Shown: positions 1 to 10,700 of the stretch, one piece after another
Numbering within the stretch: position 1 is the first letter of the stretch
Layout of the letters: each line of letters starts with the position of its first letter
IMG/VR virus record: IMGVR_UViG_3300038505_000007
Coordinates: 1-45,945 of that record
Source of the DNA: a virus
DNA: 45,945 nt
Reading direction: 5' to 3' (one strand)
Translations under genes and position numbers: made by a program
The notes under the pieces: model-generated
Database searches by the model: none
Told to the model about the DNA's origin: nothing
The model's input: the letters and a program-made list of their open reading frames with translations, nothing else

Positions 1-640
1 TGCACCAGTAGTACCATTAAGTTTAACTAGATAGTTTCTACCAGAAGTACCGCCATAGTTAGTGAAACTTCCACCAACATACACATTGTTGGATGAGTCA
101 ACAGCAACTGAGTAAACAATACTATTAAACTTACTACCATCCACAGCTGTACTTACAAAAGCTGTGTCAATTGCACCAGTAGTACCATTAAGTTTAACTA
201 GATAGTTTCTACCAGAAGTACCACCATAGCTAGTAAACCAACCACCAACATACACATTGTTGGATGAGTCAACAGCAACTGAATAAACAATACTATTAAA
301 CTTACTACCATCTACGGCTGTACTTACAAAAGCTGTGTCAATTGCACCAGTAGTACCATTAAGTTTAACTAGATAGTTTCTACCAGAAGTACCGCCATAG
401 TTAGTGAAACTTCCACCAACATACACATTGTTGGATGAGTCAACAGCAATTGAGTAAACAATACTATTAAACTTACTACCATCTACGGCTGTACTTACAA
501 AAGCTGTGTCAATTGCACCAGTAGTACCATTAAGTTTAACTAAGCGATCTCTACCAGAGACACCACCATAGCTAGTAAACCGACCACCAACATACACATT
601 GTTGGATGAGTCAACAGCAATTGAGGTAACAATATCATTA
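1..640. repeat. 171-bp tandem repeat (~3.7 copies visible) encoding 57-aa units
   Basis: tgcaccagtagtaccattaagtttaact recurs at 1, 172, 343 and 514. Confidence 0.97.
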
Positions 641-3600
641 AGCTTTGCTGGGCCAACCGCATTTAAGTTAAATGGTGTCTCAGTTGAGTACTGATCATCG
701 ATGCCTGTATTATTACGCTTGATCAAGTATTCTGCTTTAGCGAATGAATGATTTGTAGAGTTAAATGTAAAATTGGTGATAGGAGCTGGAATAGTTTGGT
801 TGTTTGCGATTGGTTGGGTCGTAAAGTTCGACAGCATGCTGCCTAAGAATCCTTTAAGGCTTAAAGTAGTACTAGTTACAGCATCTCCTATGTACACCCC
901 AACACCATCATTGTGCGAGTACTGAGTACCATCCCAGTATATACCTTTACCAACAGAGAAAGAACCGCCAGAGATTAATGAGACCGGAATATCAACAACT
1001 CCAGCATACGCGAAATCTAGCACGCCCTCATTTGGAGTATCGTGGATCGCAATACCCCATAGCTTTTCTCTAAACTCGTTGTTGGGCTCTAAAATATACA
1101 ATCTATCTACTGTTCGCCCAGTATCTCCACCGCCAGCGCCGACAGATAGGTATACTGGTTGTCCTTTACTTATAGCCGTGCCTGCAAATTTACTTAGAGT
1201 ACTGAGTTTGTTCTTGAGCGACTGTGGTTTGTCTTCTGTAACAATATCTACATTATTTCTAAAATCCTTGATCTCAACTAAAGCAGCTTTAGAGGAGTTA
1301 GTGAATGCGCTAGAGGTTCTGTATATGAGTCGATACAGTGGCTTAATCTCTTCAACAGATAAGTCCTGAAGACCCAAAGACTCAAAAGTATTATTGGACC
1401 GTGCAGCATCTAACGTAGCATCCTCACGCTGTCCAAGTACTATCATGATAGGCATGTTTTGGTTAGTGGTAGCAACCACCCATGTAGCAATGAACATATC
1501 ATCGGCGCTAGCTTGAGTAAGTCCCCATGTAGGAGTAGAAGCATTGTAGTACATCCTATTAGTCCCTGTCAGGACAGGGATGTTCGTAGTGCTGCTTCGT
1601 GTCCATGTTCCAGCTGCACCTGACCTATACAGGACTTGTGTACTGATTGTAGGTGATAAGTTTTGCTCGTACGGGTTAGACGGTGAGACGCTGTGAACGA
1701 TGTTGTGTCGTATATCCTCATCAACTATCGAGCCAGATGAAAGCCCAAACTGAACATGAGTGTCGGTGCTGCCGTTACCATGCAGCGTAAAACCACTTAT
1801 ATCAAAGCCGTTACTGTATAGTGCGTTCTTATTTTGGTGCAGGTATAGATGTGTTTCGCCGCTTAAGACAGCGCCATGCCGCTCATCGTTCATCATAACA
1901 GCCGCATTCAAGCCGCTGTCCCAGTAGATAGTAGCTACTAGCACAAAATCTGTGAACAGCGAGCTACTGAATGTGGTTGTGGATTGCAGTAAGCCGTTGT
2001 TGAAGTAGATATAGTGCAGGCCGCTAGTATTAGGTATGGTGATAGACTGAGGAGAAATGAACCGATACGGTACACCTTGCTGGTAGATGTCGAACCGTCC
2101 TGAACCAGTAGGCTGAATAGTTAGCGTGCGAGTAGTATCGTTGAACAGGATGGAGCTATGGGTTCGATTTTCGAATCCGGTTGGATCTTTGCTTAATCCG
2201 CTGTGAGAGACCTGCTTCCATGTGTTCTGGCTGTAGATCCAAAGGTTTCTGAAGTTAGAGGAGCCATTCTGAGCTACAACCATGGCACCTTCATAAGGTG
2301 TATCACTGCCTGCAAATACATCTAGCTTAGTCCATGTAGCAGATACACCGATACCGCTTACCATGTAAACACCGTTAAGCGGCGACCTTGTGAAAAGCAC
2401 TTTTTGTCCGTTCACTAAGTTAACACCGTCGATACTAACAGTAGGTCCAGACGGCAGAACAGTAGATACAATATTTACAACATTGATCTTAACTACGTTA
2501 TCTTCGTAGTCGAGTGCTTTAGTTTCGTTGTGCTGCAGAAGTATGGTGCCAGTACCTACATCAACGCTATTTCCTAATCTTCTAGCTATAATAAATCTGT
2601 TGTTGTCAGTAGACAGCGAAGATATGTGAGATACCTGAACAAGCAGCGTAGCTGGACCACCACTGAACCTATTCACATCTACATAGGCTACATCTCCATC
2701 GTTAGCCAGCGCTATGGATCCCGCCAAGATCGTGTTCCTATTTTCAGGAAGCCCTGGGATCTGGATATAAGCGTCGTTGGACCATGATAGTGTACTAGTA
2801 AGCAGGTTCCAGTTCCACACACCGCCACGAACCATCTTGGCTGTGTTGTTCTGGTTGATGATGGTCTGCATGTGTACCGGCGAAATAGTGGTGATGTTAG
2901 GAAGCAGCTGAGTGCCATCCCACAGCCACACGTCTTGTGTGCCAAGACGTACAGCGAATATAAACATGTTCTCATGAACATGAGCGTCTTTTATATTAGC
3001 AACACCTAGTGCGTTTAAGCTCGATATCGTTATTGCAGTAGTTACGTTCCTGTCTACTAAGAAGTAAGCGACTTGGTTTGGTCCTAAAGTAAGAGTACCA
3101 TTTAGCAGTATGGTTACTAATATATTAGAGTCTCCGCCTGGTCCTACTATGTCTAGTCTAGCTGGAGGAGTTGTAGATAAAAATTGTATTTCTTGGTTAG
3201 AGCCGTTTGTTGTGTTGTTTATGCCGTAGTAATCAGCTGGACAGAACTTTATAGTCTTGTCTTGAGCCTTATCTGCCATCATCGCAGTCAGCTTAGCAAT
3301 TCTGGCAGTGAGGTTCTCACCGGGCGTAGAGTTGAAGTCGCCCATTCCGTCTAGAGTATTGTAGGTGCTTGATACAGTGTATTCTGGAGTTATAGCAGAC
3401 ATGCTCTGCATGCCTACGTATTGTTTTATGTTCTCAGCGTCAGTGCCTCCTATGTTGGCAGACTGCCCTTGTATAAGCTGAGTCACTGATCCTTGTTTTC
3501 TTACAATGATCTTCTTAAGAGTCGCGGTTCCAGTGCTCTCACTTGATAGCCCATAAGATACAGCGATAGTGAAAGAACTAGGGGACCTAACATTAATAAC

Positions 3601-5346
3601 ATGGTCGCCGTTATAAGCCGACGTTCCTGATATCTCTATCGTATCGTTGCTGTTAAAACCATGAGAAGCAGACTCTAGTTGAAGACCGTAAGGTGTGCTT
3701 CTTGTTGTGGTCGTCACTAGCGCGTAGCTGCAGTTTACTCCAGATTCATCAGGAAAAGGAGGAGATAGCTTGGTTATGTAGAATACAGTTGTGCTTTCTA
3801 CTTCTACTTCGTATGTGCCGTTGAAGTTAGAAGACCCGCTTATCGTGACTCTGTCTCCATCTACAAGGCCGTGCGGAGTCGAGCTGGTCACCTTAGCAGT
3901 TAGGCCGTCGTGGTTCGATATGTTTACTGTTAAGTCTGTAGGAGTAATACTGCTTACGTTTTGTATCGTGTCGGCTCTTATTGCTAGCCAATTGAAGTTT
4001 CCGCCTATAGTGGTCAGAGACGGGTTGTTCCTGTTAGAGACTAGCACATCAGCGGCGTCGTATACACCCTTATCGTATCGAGCTCTCTTTATCTCTGTTG
4101 TTCCTGCGTAGTTGCCGCTAAGAAGTATAGATTTGGCGTTTGCGGGTATCGTGGGTGAACCTGTTGCGTTTAAACCGTCGTAGAACTCTTCTACTCTCAA
4201 GAAGAGGTGCTTTCCGTCGTCGATCTTTTTTATCCAATCGCCCTTAGCTAGATTAGCAAATCTTCCTAATATTCCGCCTACGGTGTTTACGTATGGCTGA
4301 CCGTTAGTCCACTGGACAGGTTCGTCGGCAGAGTTTATCTTCTCTTTTCTCACTAGCGGAACGTAAGCTACTTGCTCGTCTGCTAGAGTCTTTGTTCCTG
4401 CTCTTATGATGTAAGTCCTTGGATCGCTGGTAACTTTAAGGTGTATATCTTCAGTCCAAGTTATGACACCAGGTACAGCATGATCCCATTTTCCCTTAGA
4501 CCTAAAAGCTATAGCGCTAGAATCTATAAAAGTAGATATCAGGCTGTAAGTAGATACGTCCTCGTACCAGTAAGACGACCCGCCTATCTCTTTAAGCTTG
4601 GTCATCACAGCATCCATCCACTCTTTTAGAGTGTAGATGTTCTTGTCTGCTCCTTGGAAAGGATTTGGAGAGCTAGGCGCCGCTATAGAAGTGGGAGGCT
4701 CTGTTCTCTTAAACGTGTTAGTTGGCAGCCCTTTCCACTTGTACTCATTAAATGGGTCTGGAGATAGACCGCCGCTGCCCAGCCTAAACATCATGTCTCT
4801 GGCGTCTTCTATAGACTCAATTACAGCTGGGCCTACTTTGATAATAGCTATAGGAATAGTGTTCTTAGGAAAAGAGCCTGTTGATACGTTTATCTCTGCT
4901 TTTAGTACTGACTCTGTGTTTACGTCTTGACTGAACTCTCCGCCGGCGCCTCCGTCTTTATCAGGGTCCCAGAATGCTCTTGTGTCGTTGGAGGTGTTAA
5001 AAGTACTGAGAGTCAAGTACACGTAGTTGATGGCGTTCTTTCTTAGCTCTGGTACTAGTGGCGCAGCCTGAGGATGACCTTCTTGAAGGCCATGAAAGAA
5101 AGGTCCGGCTTTAGATCCTGGATAGAAAACAACAGAGTCTGCTACGCGTATTGCACACCCAGCTGTACCTATCGCGTTCTGTGGATCTATTACGTCGAAA
5201 CCCTTCAGCACATAGGGTTTATCGTCTCCTACGATCGCTTTTAAAAAATACTTCCAGTCACCTGCGGCGTATGAATCTATACTTAGAATATCTGGTAAAT
5301 CTAATCTCTCGCCAGAGCTTATAAGTAATCTTCCGAGTACAGCCAT
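1..5346 (-). CDS. Tail fibre/receptor-binding protein, >1782 aa, 3'-truncated by window edge; C-terminal 57-aa beta-propeller-type (delta-60/DUF5122-like) repeats
   Basis: Not in the ORF track because there is no stop in the window. ATG at 5346 (MAVLGRLLISSGERLDLPD...) follows an AGGGG SD-like sequence. Translated by eye, the frame stays open to base 1 (...IAVDSSNNVYVGGSFTNYGGTSGRNYLVKLNGTTGA). It lies downstream of the baseplate genes. Confidence 0.85.
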   Translation of the reverse strand, partial: MAVLGRLLISSGERLDLPDILSIDSYAAGDWKYFLKAIVGDDKPYVLKGFDVIDPQNAIGTAGCAIRVADSVVFYPGSKAGPFFHGLQEGHPQAAPLVPELRKNAINYVYLTLSTFNTSNDTRAFWDPDKDGGAGGEFSQDVNTESVLKAEINVSTGSFPKNTIPIAIIKVGPAVIESIEDARDMMFRLGSGGLSPDPFNEYKWKGLPTNTFKRTEPPTSIAAPSSPNPFQGADKNIYTLKEWMDAVMTKLKEIGGSSYWYEDVSTYSLISTFIDSSAIAFRSKGKWDHAVPGVITWTEDIHLKVTSDPRTYIIRAGTKTLADEQVAYVPLVRKEKINSADEPVQWTNGQPYVNTVGGILGRFANLAKGDWIKKIDDGKHLFLRVEEFYDGLNATGSPTIPANAKSILLSGNYAGTTEIKRARYDKGVYDAADVLVSNRNNPSLTTIGGNFNWLAIRADTIQNVSSITPTDLTVNISNHDGLTAKVTSSTPHGLVDGDRVTISGSSNFNGTYEVEVESTTVFYITKLSPPFPDESGVNCSYALVTTTTRSTPYGLQLESASHGFNSNDTIEISGTSAYNGDHVINVRSPSSFTIAVSYGLSSESTGTATLKKIIVRKQGSVTQLIQGQSANIGGTDAENIKQYVGMQSMSAITPEYTVSSTYNTLDGMGDFNSTPGENLTARIAKLTAMMADKAQDKTIKFCPADYYGINNTTNGSNQEIQFLSTTPPARLDIVGPGGDSNILVTILLNGTLTLGPNQVAYFLVDRNVTTAITISSLNALGVANIKDAHVHENMFIFAVRLGTQDVWLWDGTQLLPNITTISPVHMQTIINQNNTAKMVRGGVWNWNLLTSTLSWSNDAYIQIPGLPENRNTILAGSIALANDGDVAYVDVNRFSGGPATLLVQVSHISSLSTDNNRFIIARRLGNSVDVGTGTILLQHNETKALDYEDNVVKINVVNIVSTVLPSGPTVSIDGVNLVNGQKVLFTRSPLNGVYMVSGIGVSATWTKLDVFAGSDTPYEGAMVVAQNGSSNFRNLWIYSQNTWKQVSHSGLSKDPTGFENRTHSSILFNDTTRTLTIQPTGSGRFDIYQQGVPYRFISPQSITIPNTSGLHYIYFNNGLLQSTTTFSSSLFTDFVLVATIYWDSGLNAAVMMNDERHGAVLSGETHLYLHQNKNALYSNGFDISGFTLHGNGSTDTHVQFGLSSGSIVDEDIRHNIVHSVSPSNPYEQNLSPTISTQVLYRSGAAGTWTRSSTTNIPVLTGTNRMYYNASTPTWGLTQASADDMFIATWVVATTNQNMPIMIVLGQREDATLDAARSNNTFESLGLQDLSVEEIKPLYRLIYRTSSAFTNSSKAALVEIKDFRNNVDIVTEDKPQSLKNKLSTLSKFAGTAISKGQPVYLSVGAGGGDTGRTVDRLYILEPNNEFREKLWGIAIHDTPNEGVLDFAYAGVVDIPVSLISGGSFSVGKGIYWDGTQYSHNDGVGVYIGDAVTSTTLSLKGFLGSMLSNFTTQPIANNQTIPAPITNFTFNSTNHSFAKAEYLIKRNNTGIDDQYSTETPFNLNAVGPAKLNDIVTSIAVDSSNNVYVGGRFTSYGGVSGRDRLVKLNGTTGAIDTAFVSTAVDGSKFNSIVYSIAVDSSNNVYVGGSFTNYGGTSGRNYLVKLNGTTGAIDTAFVSTAVDGSKFNSIVYSVAVDSSNNVYVGGWFTSYGGTSGRNYLVKLNGTTGAIDTAFVSTAVDGSKFNSIVYSVAVDSSNNVYVGGSFTNYGGTSGRNYLVKLNGTTGA

Positions 5347-5407
5347 CTATTTCCCCTTAGGTGCACATGATAACGTATTTTATATAATTTTACCATGAAA
5401 ACTATAC

Positions 5408-7723
5408 TTAGCCCGGATCTACTCCAGAACTGTACACATCTAGTGTTGCATATAACTGCTCAGGATATCTTATCAAGAAATTAACAAATATACCTGCACT
5501 CTTTACAGATCTTATGAGATCTTGTAGGATCACTCTTGCTTCAGCCGGGTCTGTGACGTACGCCGGGTATTCTTTAGCAGACGTGCTTATCTTGTGAGGG
5601 CCTAAAGTCGATATCAAGGATATAGTAGAGCCCACACTGTGTGTTTTTTTGAAAGTGTAGCTAGGATCTATGGCTATCGTGTTTGCGGTGGGCTTGTACA
5701 TGTATCTTATCGGCCCCTCTTGATTGTTCTTACCGTAGTTGAATATTATTAAGCCTCCTTCTTCTGGGAGATCGTTTTGACCTACGTCTAGCAGTCTCAC
5801 TATCTTACCAGCCTGAACAAGCTGCTGAGATGTGCCTTTATTGGACGCAAGAACAAACGGTGCTCCTTTGTCCCATATGTATGGACCTGTTATCCTAGAG
5901 ACGCTGTTGCTCACAGATGTTAGACATATGACTTTTGATCCAGAGCTAGAGAGTCCAGATCTCTCTACTCTACAGTTAGCTAGAGTCGTAGCAGACCCGT
6001 TTGGCCCTGATTGATAATAAGTAAAGCTATTGCTGGTAGGAGTCGAGAGTATGACGTACGAGCCGTCCCATGGGCCTGGACCGCCAGAGAACCCATATAT
6101 TATCACAGTCTCTCCTACCTTGAACTGGTGAGGAGTTGATGTCGTGACTGTAACTATATTAGAGGCTCTCACCATAGAGGTTACAGCGTGCTCATTTAAC
6201 GACGCGAGCTCTGGCAGGTTTGGGGTTATGCCGTAAAGCTTGTTTCCCATGAACTTCACGGTCGATCCTATAGCTGTTTTGGTGGCTGGGACAGATATAT
6301 TAGCCGTAGTACCGAATATAGACACCACTCGAGCATAAGGGGGTACGCCGTCCATCTTTACTTGCTGTCCCACGGCTAGCCCCGTCACAGATGCTAAGTT
6401 CGTTATCTGCGCTACGCCTTCTTGTATGTCGCCTGTGGTCTGTAGCTCCACTCTAGAGGAGTAGCTGTACTTAACGTCGCTGAAGTGCGTTCTGTTTTTT
6501 CTCTTCTTTGAGACAATAGTGTTCTCTAGAGGTGTCTGCCACCTAGAGACTATCTCTTCCATGGGTTCTAGTATGAACTGACCAGACTCAGGAAACATGT
6601 ATGCATCTTCTACTGTAAGAGAGTTGTTAGAGTCCCTGTTTGTCATGTTCGAGAAAACACCGTTAAGGTGTATGGAGCCTTTAAGACTCCTCTTTACCAC
6701 CGGAGGAGAAGTAGGCATCTCTACTGTTATCTCTCCGCTCTTTGTTTCCCACGTTATTGCTCTTCTGTTGTTTAGATACGCCGAGTACTTTTTAGGTCTT
6801 ATGAACTTCACGTCGTCTGATGACGTCTGCGTGAACACGCCAGGAGTGCTGAATAAGTTAGTGAACTCAATTGATTGGTTTATTAGGTCTACTTTCTTGA
6901 TAACAAAAGACCCTACGTTTCCAGGTATGTCGATGGTGACTATATCTCCGTCTTGTAGGTTCTCTAAGTTAGGAGACGTACCACCTGTGTAAAAGAAAGT
7001 CGTAGTGTCTCCTACTTTAGTGACTGTCCACTGCGTGTTGTTCCCGTTTCCAGCGTTGTTTATGAAGCCGTTGAACCTAAAAGCAGCGTTTGCTCTTCCC
7101 CCTAGTATTCTTATAGAGCCCTTTGCGCCTATAGTCTTAGTGAACAACCTTATGTAAGTGTTTTTTGTTATGCTGTCGTAGAAAGCTGTAGCGTAGAAGT
7201 GCTTAGCTTGTCTGTTTATGGAGGCCACAACCTCTTTAGCTCTTGCTGCAGATATGTTTGTGAAGTCGCTGCTGTTAAATACTATGTAGTCCTCGTTCTG
7301 CTCATCGATCTTAAAGCTGAGCTCCCAGCCAGGTTTTATATTAAAAGGCTCTCCCAATTGAGACGTCACAAATGCTGTCGTAGACTCTTTGAAAAAAAAC
7401 ACATCAAGCAGCTTATCTATTATGAGCTTAACCTGCTTTGGCTGATAAGACAGCACTGGGATGTACTCTCTAAAAGACTGATCGTCCATTCCCACTAATC
7501 TAGGTCTAGCTATCTTGTGGTTCGCGGCGAGCCTGTCTATGTAGGGTCTAGACGACGTCTTGACGAAGAATTGTTTTCTTACTTCTGTTATCAATTCTGC
7601 TATATCTTGGTCAGCACCTGCTATCGCCTCTATGATAGCCTTCCAGTTTGGGTTTCGCCTAGTGTTGTACACACTAGGCATCATGTTGTGCATCTGGTCT
7701 ATCTTGTTATAATTCTTTGCCAT
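5408..7723 (-). CDS. Baseplate wedge / fibre-attachment structural protein (771 aa)
   Basis: Lies between the J-like gene and the fibre. N-terminal YIDRLAANHKIARP..MDDQSFREYI resembles P2 gpI/wedge-type N-termini, and it has a beta-rich VTVTTSTPHQFKVGETVII motif. Confidence 0.65.
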   Translation of the reverse strand: MAKNYNKIDQMHNMMPSVYNTRRNPNWKAIIEAIAGADQDIAELITEVRKQFFVKTSSRPYIDRLAANHKIARPRLVGMDDQSFREYIPVLSYQPKQVKLIIDKLLDVFFFKESTTAFVTSQLGEPFNIKPGWELSFKIDEQNEDYIVFNSSDFTNISAARAKEVVASINRQAKHFYATAFYDSITKNTYIRLFTKTIGAKGSIRILGGRANAAFRFNGFINNAGNGNNTQWTVTKVGDTTTFFYTGGTSPNLENLQDGDIVTIDIPGNVGSFVIKKVDLINQSIEFTNLFSTPGVFTQTSSDDVKFIRPKKYSAYLNNRRAITWETKSGEITVEMPTSPPVVKRSLKGSIHLNGVFSNMTNRDSNNSLTVEDAYMFPESGQFILEPMEEIVSRWQTPLENTIVSKKRKNRTHFSDVKYSYSSRVELQTTGDIQEGVAQITNLASVTGLAVGQQVKMDGVPPYARVVSIFGTTANISVPATKTAIGSTVKFMGNKLYGITPNLPELASLNEHAVTSMVRASNIVTVTTSTPHQFKVGETVIIYGFSGGPGPWDGSYVILSTPTSNSFTYYQSGPNGSATTLANCRVERSGLSSSGSKVICLTSVSNSVSRITGPYIWDKGAPFVLASNKGTSQQLVQAGKIVRLLDVGQNDLPEEGGLIIFNYGKNNQEGPIRYMYKPTANTIAIDPSYTFKKTHSVGSTISLISTLGPHKISTSAKEYPAYVTDPAEARVILQDLIRSVKSAGIFVNFLIRYPEQLYATLDVYSSGVDPG

Positions 7724-7731
7724 ACTGGCTC

Positions 7732-10700
7732 CTAGGAGAGACCGATGTCATCTGGTGTTATGTAGGCTTTCTCGTCGTTGGCTATAGCTATCTTCTCTGT
7801 AGATGGGTCAGGCTTAGTAAAGGTAGCCGCGTACACTCCCTTGATCTGCATGACAGCAGCTATTATCTCAGAGAGAACCACGTCTTGACCAACACCGAGA
7901 GAGTTTACATAATTTATTATCACAGATTTTATGTTGTTAGATATCTCACCTAAGTTTACGCCCTCGTCGGTTGTGATGTTTATTGTCAGAGATACTCTCT
8001 TAATTATCGGCGGAATTATCTCTATCAAGCCACCTACAGCTCTTCTTCCTGGGAAATTCTGCGCATCAGGCTCGTATCCATCTATTATTCTCTGCACTCT
8101 TCTAAGAAGGCCAGTAAAGTACATGTAGCCGTCTGTTCCTCTAGTGATGTCGCTTATGTATCCTATCTTTCCAGCGTGCTCTATCATCGTCTCGTAAGCG
8201 TTAGAGAACTTGTAGTGCCTGTCGTGAGGATACAAGTACAGAGACCTTCTCTCTGGGTTGAGGTCGTCTAGAGCCGCGTGCGATATGACTCTCAGACTCT
8301 TAAACTTATTTTTATTGCTCTCTACTACGTAAAAACCGTTGACGTCTACGGAGAGCGACCTGTTAGACTCGGCTACGCCAGCAGAGTTGTTTACTTTAAA
8401 GTACGGCCTATAGTCTGCACCAACTCCAACTTCTGATATGACGAAGCTTCCTATGTTAGGTTGACTAAACCACCCTGTGGCTACTATGTTTTGTATGTAC
8501 AGCGTGTCGCCGTCCATAGTGGAGTCGCCTTCGTACACAGATATGTCGTCTAGGCCTTTTAACTCGACTCCACCATAATAAGCGCTTGCTTGATCGTAGG
8601 CGGCCCCCATGGAGTTAGAGGTTGCTCCTTGATAGTTTCCACCTATAACGATCTGAGTGGCAGTACTAGGCGAGCTTGGGCTCATTGATAATACTTGTCT
8701 GTAAAAAGAATCAGGATCTTCTGGTTTCTTGATCCAGTCGCCTACGTTTATGTTCTTAAACGTTCCAGCGACTCCAGTTATTATGTTGTTGTTCGCTGTC
8801 CACTGAGCTTGTAGCCCCTTGTTGTTAAACAACCTGATGTGGTTTAACTCCTCAGAACCAGTCTTGTTCTCTATGATTATGTAGTCGTTAGTTACACCTA
8901 GCACCCTAAAAACACCGTTGTTGCTGGCTTTAAATGTCTCGCCTTTAATTACTATGACATCATCTACGGCCACACCGGAGTCTACGAACATAGGAGACTC
9001 GCCGGCTACTCTCTTTATCTTTATGAGATTGTTGTGGCCCATCTTTTCTACTGTGTACCTAGTGGGCACTAATCCGCTCTTTATAACCGTAGCTCCGACG
9101 TTTGTCTCTGTAAAGTTAGGGCCAGCTAGCGTAAACGAGAACTGGCTATGCGATATAGTGGTCACGTTCAAGTAAGCGCCGTCTGGTATGTTGTTGCTGT
9201 CTCTTATGTCCACGTTGTCGCCACTGTTGAGTCTATGAGGCCCTTCACATGTGACAGTGACGATGTTGGATACCCTAGTTATAGAGAGTATCTTTACTCT
9301 TGCAGCGTGTCGCAGTGTCCACTTTATCAAGTTGCTAGGATGTATCGAGACAGTGTTCCCTGCGCCTACCGCTGTAGGTGTGGGCATCGCCTTGCCAAAC
9401 GGGTTTATAACGTCGACATAGTTAAGTGAGTCGTTTACGTTTATGATCGGAAAGCCAGCTATCTGACCGGCTCCGTTTTGTCCTACCTTGTTTCCTTGGG
9501 CATAAGAAAGAGTGGGTCCGTATGCCATCAATATATCGCCTGGTTTTACTTGAGCAAAAGAAGCAGATCCGCTGTGCGTCCATCTCCAGACGAAACCGGC
9601 TGGCCTCATGTAGACGCTAGATACGTCTGTGATAGTAAACTGAGTAGTAGCTGTTATATTTGTTGCTTTTGCATTTAGTTTGTACTCTATGATCCCAGGG
9701 GAGGGATTGACAACGTCCACGGTATCGCTTGCAGATAGTCTTGACTGTCTCCTCACACCCTTAGGGTTCTTTACCCACACGTAGTCTCCTGCGTTGAACG
9801 TGTCAGGGAAAGCCTGTATCTTGACGAGCATCTTGTTGCCGTTAATGTCTGACACGACCTCTGATTCATTTAGTATGTACATCTTAGCAGAGTTAGCGTT
9901 TCCTCCGACTACCTCTATCGCGCCCTCTGAGCCTAGTTTTTTAGAGACTATCTGGATATTTTTTCTGTCATTAGATACGCTGACATTTGCTACTATAGGT
10001 AACTGCGACAGTGCCTTCTGGGTGAGGTGGTGTCTTACGTTCTCTATGGTAGTAGGAACAAGCTTAAACACTTCGCCTATATCTGGTATATCGTGGTTAG
10101 GAGCGGTGTGAAGCTCGTACACCCAAGGCGCGACGCCGTTTAATGTCATCGTCTTCTTTAGTGTGAAGTTGGGGTTGCTGTTGTCAAAAGATTTGACCCA
10201 GTTGATTCCGTCAAACAGCGATATGTATCCTCTTGAAGGTATTATAGTCGGGTTGTGGTCGTAAGCTAGAGCAGTAGAGTTGCCAGAGTAGGAGTAGTCT
10301 TCCTCTCTTGTGGCTACATCTATAATACTGGTCACAGGAGACACTGGTGAGATCTCTATTATGCCGCTAGTATTAACGGTGTTCATTATGTCTTGAACTG
10401 TAGTTCCAGTTATCGGAAAAATAGATATACCTGAGTTGTTAGTGATAAGCTCACTTGTGGAGTTAGAGCCGTCAGTGTTGGCAACAGAGAACCCGCTTGT
10501 TCCAGCGTTTGCGTTTGGAAGATTCCCGTTCGTAGTGTGCGTTATGGTGATCACGTTTCCTAGAGCAGTCGCAGTGAACTTAGGATCTAAGTTTATTGCC
10601 GTAGCTGTGGCAGCTGCAATTGTTGCTGCACTGTCTCCAGGCATTACTCCAGATACTTTTATAGACCTGTCTGCTCCGTGGAACGGTTCAGGGCTTGAGT

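Noticed and set aside
1-640. Diversity-generating retroelement TR/VR pair in the fibre gene
   Set aside because: The repeats are tandem in-frame coding units, differences are not adenine-specific, and no reverse transcriptase is in the window.
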